From Pecten maximus (lineage: Eukaryota), in the NCBI RefSeq assembly GCF_902652985.1, contig NC_047016.1, positions 5,766,001 through 5,830,000 of the forward strand: 64,000 nucleotides of DNA. The letters are read 5' to 3'. The position numbers and the translations under genes are program-made. The notes beneath the pieces were generated by a model. The model did not search any database. It worked only from the letters and a program-made list of their open reading frames with translations, and was not told the DNA's origin. Below, one piece after another: positions 22,961-36,212 of the stretch (its first letter is position 1; each line of letters begins with the position of its first letter).

Positions 22961-25559
22961 GATGTTCGATGGTGTTGACAGTGGATCACTACAACAAGGA
23001 ATTCTCCACTTATAATTAGGTTATAACCCTGTGGAATACAACATGTTATGAAACTCTGTACGTTGCAGGGCAATCCTGTCAAGTTACACGTTGAGTATAA
23101 CTCGTGGTTTAATTGGTCGGCCGTTGGCAACGTGTAAACGCTGTTAAAGAAAGGCTTGCTCCGTCAATTACCAATTTCAAATGCTGAAAATGCACGTTTT
23201 CCTTTACTTTATATCTGCGGACGTCCTGGGCGTTTAGCATTATTTATGTTACCTATATCCGTTAGCACACTTTACAGTCTCTTCAAAGAGCCAGTATTAC
23301 TCCGTCTATACCCTCCCGTATTTGGTCTACATTCATACTGTGGGTCTTTGACGTCTTCCCAGCCTTTGTGTATTCAGTACCAATAATAAGGCTTGTATGG
23401 GGTTTGTATGTGAGTTTTCGCCTGTACGCATACACAATATCTACTCAGTGTAATTTTCAATAAACTTTATTTGTAGGCGATGTTCCTTCTGTCGCTATTC
23501 TTTGAGGTCTTTTATGTCTTTTTCTATATTTTCTTTGGGTATCGAGTTACTATTCCCATGAAGGCGTTATGTTGGAAAGTTTATTGTATTTAATAGTGGA
23601 ACTACTAATCTCACCGTTATAGCTCGACATTCACATTCGTCGTGTAAATGAAGACAAACAACTAATTTATCTATTACATATCTGTACTTAATGATATGTT
23701 ACAACTACATTTTCATAAAATTAATAAATATGAGAATATTTGTAGACATTATTAAGAAAATTTCGATTCTTGCGTGACAAAGCAGTATACTGAATTGGCA
23801 GGGTAAATAAATAGTTTGTAGGGAGAAATAGATAGGTCCCCAATGACAAACTATGTCTACGAGGCATGGGGAACTGCCAGATAGAACAGCCTGTGGACAC
23901 TATCTCACTCCCACAGGACCCATGACGCACCGCTGTGGACTGTCCGACCAGTAATAACTAAGCCAATATTGTATTCGCACGGTATGGACGAGCATGTCAC
24001 CCAACAGTGATCCTTCGTCATTCGCATTCGGTTAGACAAATGGGTATTTCCCCGAGACTTGTACAGAAAGGTTACTTTTCCTTTGAGATGTCTACCAAAA
24101 CTGGCTTTTCGAAATTTCTTATCAAGATACATTTATTATACTGTTTCAATGTTTCAATTTGTCTGACATTAAAGATGCTACAGCGTCAACAGCCTATCCA
24201 CTGCTTGTAAAACCTATCTATATTTTAACACTAGCAAATGAAAATATATATACATCACTTTACGTGTGATATCCTTAACTATACGTATGAGCTATATTTT
24301 GATATAAAATGGAAAAATGGACGTTTCGAAATCAGCCCTATCCTACCAAGCGTCTAAGTCATTCAGATGTCATTACTACCAGGCAACTTCTAGTAAAGTC
24401 GACATTTCAGTGATTCTAAGTGTGTTTTAGTGATTATGTAATAAAACAAGTTCATTGTATATCATGGGTGTCTGTGTAATTAGGCCTCGTGCAATAGAAC
24501 ATCGGTCGATTACCGGTATCTCGTGTCAAATATTCTGGACTATTGCACAGTAATGCATGATATATTTGTATGATATGATAGTTAAGACCTAAAGTTGTGT
24601 TGACCTTTGCTTGGCAGACGATTCGATATTAATGTAGGAAAATAGCTATACTTCATATATGTGACAGATAATATTTTAAATATGGAAAGTTGATGGCAGA
24701 GACTTTTTAGATTGACGAATCAGTCGTGATGGTTAAATAATGGTTACGTCGTTATTTATATTCTATTTTATATGGTCTAACTGTGATCATTCTTGTTTAC
24801 ACTGTGAGGAATAATGGAATGTAATATTTTCAAGAGAAAAACGAACCAACTGCGCCTCCTTAAGGTTCGAATTGCAAAATAAAATATTTCAAATAATAAT
24901 GATATCCTTTATTTATCCGGGGTTACATATTTAGACAATGTCTAGTTTACAACATGGCCCTGCATCATATATTAACAAACATGATACAATTTAAGATAAC
25001 AATATAACAAAATAATCAAGTAATTATAAGTAAGTATCACAGTTAATGAAACTTAAAATCTAGTAATCGTAAAGTGTAATTAAATAGTGAATACTTGTAT
25101 ATCACACAAGTGTTACTAATTAACATGGTTAAAGCAATATGATAGTGGAATATACATACAATGTTGATATAGCACATGGTAACAATGGACAAGATATACA
25201 CTATTCTACCATGTTTGCTATGCAACGCCAGTTTTGATTGGTTTAAAACCATGTATTATTTTCCAATAACCCACGCTCGTGGCAATAATACACGGTCGTG
25301 AGTCACGGCTGTTACAATTTTATATATCTAAAATTCACCCGTTTCATAAAGGTTGCTTTAGCCGAGTGGGCTAGTCTTTCAATATTTTTTTATCACGACG
25401 GAGGCCCCCCTCCTTTTTTTTTTTTCTTTTTTTTTTTATTCTTTTTATTCCTGCGGCCTTCGTTATTAATTTAATTGCAAAATATCCTCGTCCTCGTTGT
25501 ATATCCTGCAACAATACACGAATCATCGTTAATTATTTCTTAAATATAGTGTGTATTAA

Positions 25560-26630
25560 AATGAGACAATGAAGTCAGTTATGTAAAAGTTTAGATTGGA
25601 AATTATCGAATCAAATTACATATAGAGAACAATGCTATTCTATATCAATATCGTTATTATCATAGATACAGCAATATATCATTTTTTTAAATTTAACACT
25701 AATTATGGTATTATATAAAATGCTGGTGTATACATGTTAAGATTTAGTGGAATAATCCTTCAGGTATCAGTTTTTAAAAACTCTAACTCTATTAGAGTCT
25801 CTAATTTCTTTACTTACTGCGTTCCAAAGGACTGAGCATGTGTATACGAAGGAAAGTTTTGCATAGTAGTTCTTGGTGTTGGTACATATGGTTTGTTTGA
25901 AGCAGAAAATCGGGTTGTTCTTATATTAACATTACTTACATAACAAAACATATTTGTAAGAATACCAGGTGATTCACACTGTCAAATTTTATAGCAAAGA
26001 ACCATTTTTTCTAAAAATATAAAATTCTCATATTGGCATCCGTTTTAATTTTCCAAAGAAGGGTCTGGAAGGAGTAAGGACATCTCTGACATTCAACAAT
26101 ATTCTTGAAGCTCTTTTCTGTAGTTTAAGAATCTTATTTATATATGATTTATTGCTTGGCTCACTCCAGACGGTTAACAATACATAAAATGTTGAAAAAC
26201 AATACTGTTAAACACAGTTTTTAAAACATCACTTGACATAAAAGAACTTAGCTTTTTAAAACACCAACATTTTTAGATATTTTCTTTGAAATATATTCTA
26301 TATGCTCTTTCCATGAGAGACAACGATCAATAAAAACACCCAGTAACTTAGCACAGTTTACAGTTTCAATCGTGAGACCCCCAACTTTCATAGACAGCTG
26401 CCGACATATTGCAAGCTTCTGAGAGGACCCTATCATCATACACTGGCTTTTAGTTAAGTTTAGACTTAATGTATTGTCTCTCATCCATTTGAATGTATTT
26501 AAACATCTTCAGACAATCTTTTTTCTAGATCAACTACTGTTTTCCCCTGCACACTCTGCGATGTATCATTTGCATACATCATAGCTGATGAGTGTTAAAA
26601 ACACTTTGGGTAGTCATTTATATTTAAAAT
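25560..26630 (-). mobile_element. L2/Crack-type LINE 3' remnant
   Basis: The minus strand gives INDYPKC...MYANDT (decayed YADD)...WMRDNTLSLNLTKSQCM...AKLLGVFIDRCLSWKEHIEYISKKISKNVGVL...KLQKRASRI...LWNAVSKEIR, with frameshifts. Confidence 0.9.
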
Positions 26631-26710
26631 GTTTCTTTGGTGCATGGATACATAACAAAGATTAACGAATCCCGAAGAACTTTGTTTTTCGTCTGGAATA
26701 AAATCTACTT

Positions 26711-26835
26711 TTTGTGTTGGTGTGTTGTTTATATACAGACAATACACAAGTCAGCTAGGTTTAGTGTCTATTTGTGTTGCTGTGTTGTTTATATACAGAC
26801 AATACACAAGTCAGCTAGGTTTAGTTTCTATTTGT
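26711..26835. repeat. 60-bp tandem duplication
   Basis: tgtgttgtttatatacagacaatacacaagtcagctaggtttag starts at 26721 and 26781. Confidence 0.92.
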
Positions 26836-27319
26836 ATGTCAGATTACCCATTCCACCCGACATGCTTAGGTTGAGTGTATGATCGTCGTCCAGTCATCAC
26901 TCAAAGCGAAGTGCCCTTATCTGGTAGAGCAGCCGTCACGCTAGAGCATCGTAATACATGGCATGTGGAGTTACCATCAATGGAATACCTGCGATACTAG
27001 ATGCTATCTGGAACAGTTAATGCTAACATCAGTTCCAGGACATACGTCTCCGTTACGTTAAATGACATTGTTTTGTCTCCTAGTGCCTAACGAAACACGC
27101 AACATCACACGAAATCCAGAATGTGAATAAGTTTTCCACTGTGTGGTCAATCCCGATGACATGGCGATAGTGAAGTGTACCATTTAGCTTACTGTTATGG
27201 GGTCAATGCCTGACAATTGTTTCATGTCATTGACTACACATAGAATGTAACCTACATTGATTATCTGCTGATGCTTCACAATTGCGTGAAATGTCATCGG
27301 CGAATGATAGCACATCAAT

Positions 27320-27568
27320 GGTGGTCGGGTGGCACAGTGGTAACACACTTGCCTTTCACCTAGGCGGCCGGGGTTCAATTCTCTGATCGGAAAAACAGGT
27401 ATGGTGTCACCGCCTGCTTGACCAGGTGGGTTTTCCCCGGGTTCTCCGGTTTCCTCCCAAAATAAGACCCCTCACACGTGCTTCCATCCGGGCCAACAAG
27501 CGTGATTGATATAAGTAGTTATAACTTGTTTCGCAATTGTTCTAAATTAATTAAAGTTTACATTTACA
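27320..27568 (+). mobile_element. Second tRNA-derived SINE family with V-domain-like core
   Basis: A box tggcacagtgg, B box ggttcaattc, core gtgggttttccccgggttctccggtttcctccc, and tail ...aaagtttacatttaca. The 3' half recurs inverted at 46505-46600. Confidence 0.85.
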
Positions 27569-28234
27569 TAGCATATTAATGTAGGAAGCGACCGCGTTGT
27601 ATAGGCAAAACCTGTGATATACGGACTTATGGCTATGGTCCCCATCGTGGTAATCCTTTTTTTTAATGTGTCTTAACCCATAATTAACCTAGATTTTCAT
27701 GTGTCTCCATGCCAATCAATATTTCATTTGATTTTTGCCTTATTTTTTTTATTTGGAGTTGAAATTACAGGTTATTGTCGTATTCTGTGCTATTTTGTGA
27801 CCGCCACCCTATAGCAATACAACCCAATTTGACAAACCATCATAATAATTCCTTACTTTAAAATAGTGTCTCAGTTGAATATATCATCGTAATCTTTGGA
27901 GTGTTGCCATGCCATGCTCCACAATCTCAAGGGTTTATGAAGGATTTCCACTCTATCAAAACAGGGTATCTGATTTATTGTGTGCAATGCGTTTTCTTTC
28001 GGATCCTGTGGAATGTTGAATCCCTGTTTATGATTTCTCTATTCTACCAGCTAGGTTTCTTTCTTAAAACAATTGATGTTGCGTTTCGAATTTCTGTAAG
28101 ATCCGTTGGAAATATCTCACTGTGTTGGATGGATTGAATACTGTGTACACATTTCAGATATAAATATGTACGTGAAGTACGTAATGATTAGTTTGTTTTT
28201 AAGAAAAGGTAATAAACACATCAAAACATATGTC

Positions 28235-28660
28235 TGAAATGTTGTATTGGTAAAATTAAACCGTCCATGATAGGATATATCGTTATATGTGATAAACTGT
28301 GGTGACAAAATGTACATGTAACACGGTCTAACAGACCAGAACTCATAGAAATATAGTGTCGTCGTCATAACATCAACACAGGGGACGAAAGGGTAACATA
28401 GTGTCATCGTCATAATATGAAATGTTGTATTGGTAAAATTAAACCGTCCATGATAGGATATATCGTTATATGTGATAAACTGTGGTGACAAAATGTACAT
28501 GTAACACGGTCTAACAGACCAGAACTCATAGAAATATAGTGTCATCGTCATAACATCAACACAGGGGACGAAAGGGTAACATAGTGTCATCGTCATAATA
28601 TCGACACACGAGACCAAAGGGTAACATAGTGTCATCGTCATAACATCGACACACGAGACC
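28235..28660. repeat. 183-bp tandem duplication with nested ~39-bp subunits
   Basis: tgaaatgttgtattggtaaaatt starts at 28235 and 28418. It explains the internally repeated 214-aa ORF. Confidence 0.92.
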
Positions 28661-29751
28661 AAATATATCATAGATCCAAAGCCCAATGACAAGTGCATCA
28701 TAGAGGCCGCATCAAAGCGTTCAAAAGCACTATATGTTGTATTCGCAAGGATAATATACATAACTCACATGCTCCCTAACACATAACCATACAGTTACTC
28801 ATAGATGGAAATCAGAACGTTATTACCAAATATCTTCGCAAATTGAATCGTGCTTGGTAGATCACCTTTGTTACGAGTCACACCGTGCTCTGTTGGTAAA
28901 TGTACTGCAGCACACACGATAGCACCGATCCTACAATCTGTAGTGTGGTGACAACTGATTATAGGTCTGGCTAATGATGGTGACACAGCGTGAACATCTA
29001 TCTGAATTATATATGAATGTCAGTGTTGCAGAGAGCTTATTATTATTCCTTGTCATAATTTCACTGTTTTTAAATTACACTTTTGTAGGAGATATCGATT
29101 AAGCTGACTCAACTGTTATTATTGATATCGTCAACCTAGCCTGAGTTCCCAGAAATTGCTTCAGCTTTTTTAAGTGATAAATCGAATTTATGCTTGGTCT
29201 CAAGTGTACAGGTTTACGCCTGTGTGCGGATTTGGAGATGTAAAATTGGCAGATTCCAAGAAACTTCATGTCTTTCCACAGGAATATGTCAATATCATGT
29301 GAATAAGTCATTTCTAGTTTATCGTCACTTGTACACACATTACAAAGCTATTTCTACATGGCAAAATATTCAATAAAATTGTTTTGAATGCTACACGTTG
29401 TAAATTTAGGCAAATGCGGGTATAATATATTACTCTGTTCCAGTATTTGTTTGCTGGTTCCATATAGCCTTTTGGCTTTTATGACCGCATTAGATTTGTG
29501 TAATTGCATTTCCGGTCGATGTTGTCAGATTCGAAGATAAACCCATGTCTTGACAATGATGTACGTACAAACACTCTGGTGTAGTTTATTACCACATGTT
29601 GTTATGGGGGTTTATCACCTAGTAAAGATGTCGCTAATATCTATTTTATAACCTAACATGTATCTGTGAGGATCAAGTACATCATATTTGTCATTTTGTG
29701 TTTACAATATGATATTTATGTTGTAAATACGTGTACGTACAATATGTTCAA

Positions 29752-31250
29752 TTGTGATGTATACTGTGGTATATTGTGATTTAGATTGTGGTATATTGTG
29801 ATGTAGACTGGTATATTGTGATGTTGGCTGTGGTATATTGTGATGTTGGCTGTAGTATATTGTGATGTATGCTGTGGTATATTGTGATGTTGGCTGTGGT
29901 ATATTGTGATGTTGGCTGTGGTATATTGTGATGTTGGCTGTGGTATAGTGTGATGTTGGCTGTGGTGTAGTGTGATGTTGGCTGTGGTATATTGTGATGT
30001 TGGCTGTGGTATATTGTGATGTTGGCTGTGGTATATTGTGATTTAGATCGTGGTATATTGTGATGTTGGCTGTGGTGTATTGTGATGTTGGCTGTGGTAT
30101 ATTGTGATGTTGGCTGTGGTATATTGTGATTTAGATTGTGGTATATTGTGATTTAGACTGGTATATTGTGATGTTGGCTGTAGTATATTGTGATGTATAC
30201 TGTGATGTTGGCTGTGGTATATTGTGATTTAGATTGTGGTATATTGTGATTTAGACTGGTATATTGTGATGTTGGCTGTAGTATATTGTGATGTATACTG
30301 TGGTATTGATTGTATACTGTTTTGTGGTATATTGTGATGTTGGCTGTGGTATATTGTGATGTTAGATTGTGGTATATTGTGATTTATACTGTGGTATATT
30401 GTGATGTTGGCTGTGGTATATTGTGATGTTGGCTGTGGTATATTGTGATGTTGGCTGTGGTATATTGTGATGTTGGCTGTGGTATATTGTGATGTAGGAC
30501 TGTGGTTATGGATCTGTGGTATTTGGCTGGGTATATTGTGATGTGGCTGTGGTATATTGTGATGTAGATTGTATATGTTGTGGTGTATTGGTGATTGAGT
30601 GATGTAGATTGTGGTATATTGTGATGTTGGCTGTGGTATATTGTGATGTTGGCTGTGGTATATTGTGGATGTGTGATGTGTGGATATTGTGATTTATATG
30701 GAATAGTGGTAATTGTGATGTTGGCTGTGATATATTGTGATGTAGACTGTGATGTAGACTGATGTATACTGTGATATATTGTGATGTGGACTGTGCTGTA
30801 TTGTGATGTAGACTGTGGTGTGTATTGTGATGTAGACTAGTGAATTGTGATGTAGACTGGTGAATTGTGATGTAGACTGTTGTGTATTGTGATGTAGACT
30901 GTTGTGTATTGTGATGTAGACTGTTGTGTATTGTGATGTAGACTAGTGAATTGTGATGTAGACTGGTGAATTGTTATGTAGACTGTGATGTAGACTGTTG
31001 TGTATTGTGATGTAGACTGTTGTGTATTGTGATGTAGACTGTGGTGTATTGTGATGTAGACTGGTGTATTGTGATGTAGACTGGTGAATTGTTATGTAGA
31101 CTGTGATGTAGACTGTTGTGTATTGTGATGTAGACTGTTGTGTATTGTGATGTAGATTGTGGTATATTGTGATGTAGCCTTTGTGTTTTTCTGATGAAGA
31201 TTGTGATGTATTGTGATTTAGACTGTGGCATATTGAATGTAGACTGTGTA
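29752..31250. repeat. 22-bp minisatellite (about 1.5 kb) with two variant domains
   Basis: tgtggtatattgtgatgttggc grades into tgttgtgtattgtgatgtagac after about 30740. Confidence 0.95.
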
Positions 31251-32744
31251 GCATATACTATTGTTGCCATCAAGCATTCAGTATGCGTATTACTTGTTTT
31301 GTAATGTCTTCTCTCTGATGTGTTTAAAAACACAAAGAAATAAAATATCTTAATCTAAATCTGAATCTTGATTGTTTCGGTATTTTTTTTTTTTTTTTTT
31401 TTTTTTTACTTATTTGTACTTTTTTAAGAGTGTCCGTACTCTTTCTGTGTTAATAGTTTGTCCTCATTTCATCCAGTTTTAATTATAATAACGAGTTTTC
31501 TTTGTGAAATCCTTTCTAGTGTTTTGCTCACTTCAATTTGCAAGTCTTTTTCTTCCTCGTCTCCGCCTCCAGTATAACACCATTTTACCGAACAACCGAT
31601 TTTAATTTGACACATATCATGATTGCATTAGCAAAACTACAATGTAATGTTTCCAATATTGGCAGGCTAATGCTTCAAACCCGCAGTTAAAAAAAGAAAT
31701 TTATATCGCAAAAATAAAATAAAAAGACACGAGCAATACTGACACATGTCACTGGCGACACGGTAGCGATATCGGGGGTAGTGATTATAATACCGACGAA
31801 GGTTATAGCGAGGCAATTATCAGTTAGACTGTAAATCAATAAATCAGCCAAAAGTCCGAGTCAGAGGTATGTTTCCATATCCTATACACTGAACCTTTGT
31901 TAAACATTGCACTTCATCTAGAGTAACATTTGATTTCTATACATGATGGCCTGGTTATTGGAAAATACGTCAACAGATAAAAGCGAAGTAATGCATGCAG
32001 CATAACTAGGACGCAACAATATCAAGTATCTATTATATGACATGTGAATGATTAAAGATAAAGCACAGACCAGTGAACTGTTAAAACAGTATTGGAATTG
32101 ACAACGTGAAGACTGACTTCTACCCGATAGTTCTGTCAAACTACGTGGTACTCTGAAAGATTACATTTAAACTTTAATCACATGACACAAGGACGACTGG
32201 CCACTAAAATTGAATGTCACGGCTATACGTGTTTCAGTGTCTACATACGAATGCGCCACGTACGAGAACGTTACGTATATTGTCCCCCGAGATCACAAGA
32301 TAACCACATTACATTCCAGACAAATCGTCCGCCATTAGTTAACGGAAATCGTGACAAGTCCACGTGATTGAGTAATGGCGATATATATTGTATTTGCTGT
32401 TCCGTGAACTGTTGCACTATGGTGATCTCTAATTAAACCTCTCCATCATGGATGTCATTCTAGCTAAATTAGCAGTCAAATGATTAACAGCATGTCGAGT
32501 TTTTTGATAGCGTGATATTTATTTAATCAAGGATACAGAAAAGGGGGAAATTATACAAGGACATAGTACAAACAGCTAGGGTGATTACAAGCGACACAAC
32601 TCACACATCTACTGTAATTAACAAGTATACTGTTACATATTGCTATTGTTAGTAAATGTCTACCGAATAGTTGATGCCCGCCATAATTAGATATGCTGCT
32701 GAATTCGAATGACCACAATATCAGCAAGTATATTGTTAAATGAA

Positions 32745-34222
32745 TAAAATGTTTACATCACATGCCCTACATGTACCTTTTGGATTAATTAAATGTTTAC
32801 ATCACATGGCCTACCTTTTGGATTAATTAAATGTTTACATCACATGGCGTACCTTTTGGATTAATGAAATGTTTACATCAGATGGTCTACCTTTTGGATT
32901 AATTAAATATTTACATTACATGCTCTACCTTTTGGATTAATTAAATGTTTACATCACATGGTCCACCTTTTGGATTAATTAAATGTTTACATCACATTCC
33001 CTACCTTTTGGATTAATTAAATATTTGCATTACATGCTCTACCTTTTGGATTAATTAAATGTTTACATCACATGGTCTACCTTTTGGATTAATTAAATGT
33101 TTACATCACATGTCCTACCTTTTGGATTAATTAAATGTTTACATCACATGGTCTACCTTTTGAATTAATTAAATGTTTAACATCACATTCCCTACCTTTT
33201 GGATTGATTAAATATTTACATCACATGGTCTACCTTTTGGATTAATTAAATGTTTACATCACATTCCCTACCTTTTGGATTAATTAAATGTTTACATCAC
33301 CTGGCCTACCTTTTGAATTAATTTAATGTTTACATCACATTCCCTACCTTTTGGATTATTTAAATGTTTACATCACAAGTCCTACCTTTGGATTAATTAA
33401 ATGTTTGCATTACATGCCGTACCTTTTGGATTAATTAAATGTTTACATCACATTCCCTACCTTTTGAATTAATATAATGTTTACATCACATGGGACCTTT
33501 TTGAATTAATTAAATGTTTACATAACATGCTCTACCTTTTGGATTAATTAAATCTTTACATCACATGGTCTACCTTTTGAATTAATTAAATGTTTACATC
33601 ACATGTCCTACCTTTGGATTAATTAAATGTTTGCATTACATGCCGTACCTTTTGGATTAATTAAATGTTTACATCACATTCCATACCTTTTGGATTATTT
33701 AAATGTTTACATCACATGTCCTACCTTTGGATTAATTAAATGTTTGCATTACATGCCGTACCTTTTGGATTAATTAAATGTTTACATCACATTCCCTACC
33801 TTTTGAATTAATGTAATGTTTACATCACATGGGACCTTTTTGAATTAATTAAATGTTTACATCACATGCTCTACCTTTTGGATTAATTAAATGTTTACAT
33901 CACATGGTCTACCTTTTGAATTAATTAAATGTTTACATCACATGTCCTACCTTTGGATTAATTAAATGTTAACATCACATGGTCTACCTTTTGAATTAAT
34001 TTAATGTTTACATCACATGTCCTACCTTTGGATTAATTAAATGTTTACATCACATGGTCTACCTTTTGGATTAATTAAATGTTTAACATCACATTCCCTA
34101 CCTTTTGGATTAATTAAATATTTACATCACATTCTCTACCTTTTGGATTAATTAAATGTTTACATCACATTCCCTACCTTTTGAATTAATTAAATGTTTG
34201 CATTACATGTCGTACCTTTTGG
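32745..34222. repeat. 38-bp minisatellite (about 39 copies) with higher-order duplication
   Basis: Unit ttaattaaatgtttacatcacatggtctaccttttgga. The rare variant tgggac recurs at 33491 and 33830. Confidence 0.97.
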
Positions 34223-35209
34223 TACTCCCTAGTGTTTTGTAAGATCTATCATAAAAGACCATATTACGTGTTATAACTCAGTTTTTAACAGTAGTTGTTA
34301 TATGCTATTTCCATTACATTCACTATTGAACAATAACGTATGTTGTCATCTGTTGACGTGATGTACATATACCTCACGATGCAGGGGGTGAATCCGTGTG
34401 GTTCGACACTAAATAATTGCCCACTCTGGTGCAGTACAAGACGCTAGGAATTCTCTAACTTAGACTAATGGACAGACAAATGGCATGTCGTTTGTTCACG
34501 AACGTCCCTCCCACTGGGTAAACCAACGCAGACAAGCAAATTATTGTCTACTGTAAAACAGATCGTTGCCCGGGACTTCCATAGAAATGCGATTTGCTTA
34601 CCGTCATTTACTGTGGATTGTTCACGGAATCTTGTTGCGTTGCAAAAGCTTAGGATCATGCGATGTAGGAAGGATGGCCGCCGTTGCTTTACGACAAACA
34701 TTACATCCTTGACGCGTGCAGATCGTGGTTTGTAGTGCCAACAGGAACGACGTAGTTTTTATTAGTCATCTAACACGACGTAAATGGAAGTCTAACATGG
34801 CGTTTAATTATCATCAAACAGGGCGTTTAACATTCATCTAACAGGACGTTTCATGGTCATGTCACAGGGCGTTTAATGGTCATCTAACGGGACATGACAG
34901 TGGTCTGACCAGGGGAGACACCTCGCTACCTGTTCATTAGTGAAGACTTCAATTTGTTGACGTTGACATTTCAAACCAATCACGATACATGCTCTTTGGC
35001 TCGAATTCTCTACTTAGTGTAACACAATTCCACCCTGGAGCTTTCAAGGGTACAGATCCCTACTGTCAACACTACAATTCCAGATTTGTCAACCATTCGT
35101 AATTTAGGTTTAACTGAACACAACGTCAAACTCGAAATAACGTTTGGAAGCTCACAATTTTCGAGGAATTGAATTGCATTTTTAGAACAAGTAATAAACT
35201 GGTTGTTAA

Positions 35210-35560
35210 CGTGCAACAATTTACAACAATTGCGAAACTAGTTTAAGTGAGGGTTTAATGAGAGAGGAAACCGATGTTCGTGGAGGAAAACTGCAGTCGT
35301 TGAACAGGTTATCGAATCTATCTCCTGCCACCTATGTGAAAGACGAGTTCGTAACACCAGTGCTACCCGACCATATGTTTGGTAATTCATAACAACAGAT
35401 TAATCAGCCATCGGGGTTTGATTCCCCATTTCGGTCATGGGTTTTCTGCCCGGCAACGTGAGTTTCCTCCTTGTTATCTAGTTTACTCAATCACTAAGTT
35501 CCATCAGCATGCTTCCATGTGGGTCCGCGGTGTTCGAGTGGCTAAGGTGTCCCGACATAT
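35210..35560. mobile_element. Cluster of decayed SINE fragments
   Basis: tttacaacaattgcgaaac...gaggaaacc (minus strand, related to the 27320 family), and a SINE head gggtccgcggtgttcgagtggctaaggtgtcccgaca at 35521 (related to the 21663 family). Confidence 0.6.
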
Positions 35561-36212
35561 AAACATAACTTATCGATCATTTTAAGTATCTATAGCATTT
35601 TGGAACACAATTGCGAAAGTCGTCTAAAGTACAGCAGTTGTAATATATGCTGTCCATGAGGAGGTACATATTGCTCCTTTGACAAAAGACAGTGGAAATG
35701 AGTAATTCCGTATATTGGTGTTTGATGTTTGGATGTTAGTTTGATTTTCTAATACAATCACATCGACATAATGAAGGACGAAACTTTGACAAGAAAACAT
35801 CTGCGGACCTATGCAAATGTACACAGATCAACTTGTCAACATAAAGTCCTTTGGTAATGGCCATTTTTTCACACATGAGACGACATCGGCGTAGAACCGA
35901 TGATCTCGTAAAACATCGATAAATTCTCAATAGGAGAAGACAATTAAGACATAGATATGTTTCAACGAGGCAGGATATCCAGTCTGTCAGTTGACATTCA
36001 CTGCACTGTATGGACACGCCCACATCAGTAGAAATCCGCCATAAACAGCAATGTATCACACAGGAAAGACAGCGAGCCCGTCATTACGTTAACATAACAG
36101 GGCATTGCAGTTCACGCCGCATAAAGCTCCACTTACTTTCGCGTTAATCCGGGACATTCATGACGCGTTTCCGTAACAACCTAAGGGAAGAGTCCCAAGG
36201 GGCAGCATCTTT

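Noticed and set aside
28117-28761. 214-aa hydrophobic ORF as a membrane protein
   Set aside because: It is built from a 183-bp duplication and 39-bp subunits, with no recognisable domain.
32745-34222. CRISPR-like array (constant part plus variable part)
   Set aside because: The variable part is only a few bases drawn from recurring variants. There are no unique spacers or cas genes, and the context is eukaryotic. The same applies to the 22002, 43272 and 57553 arrays.
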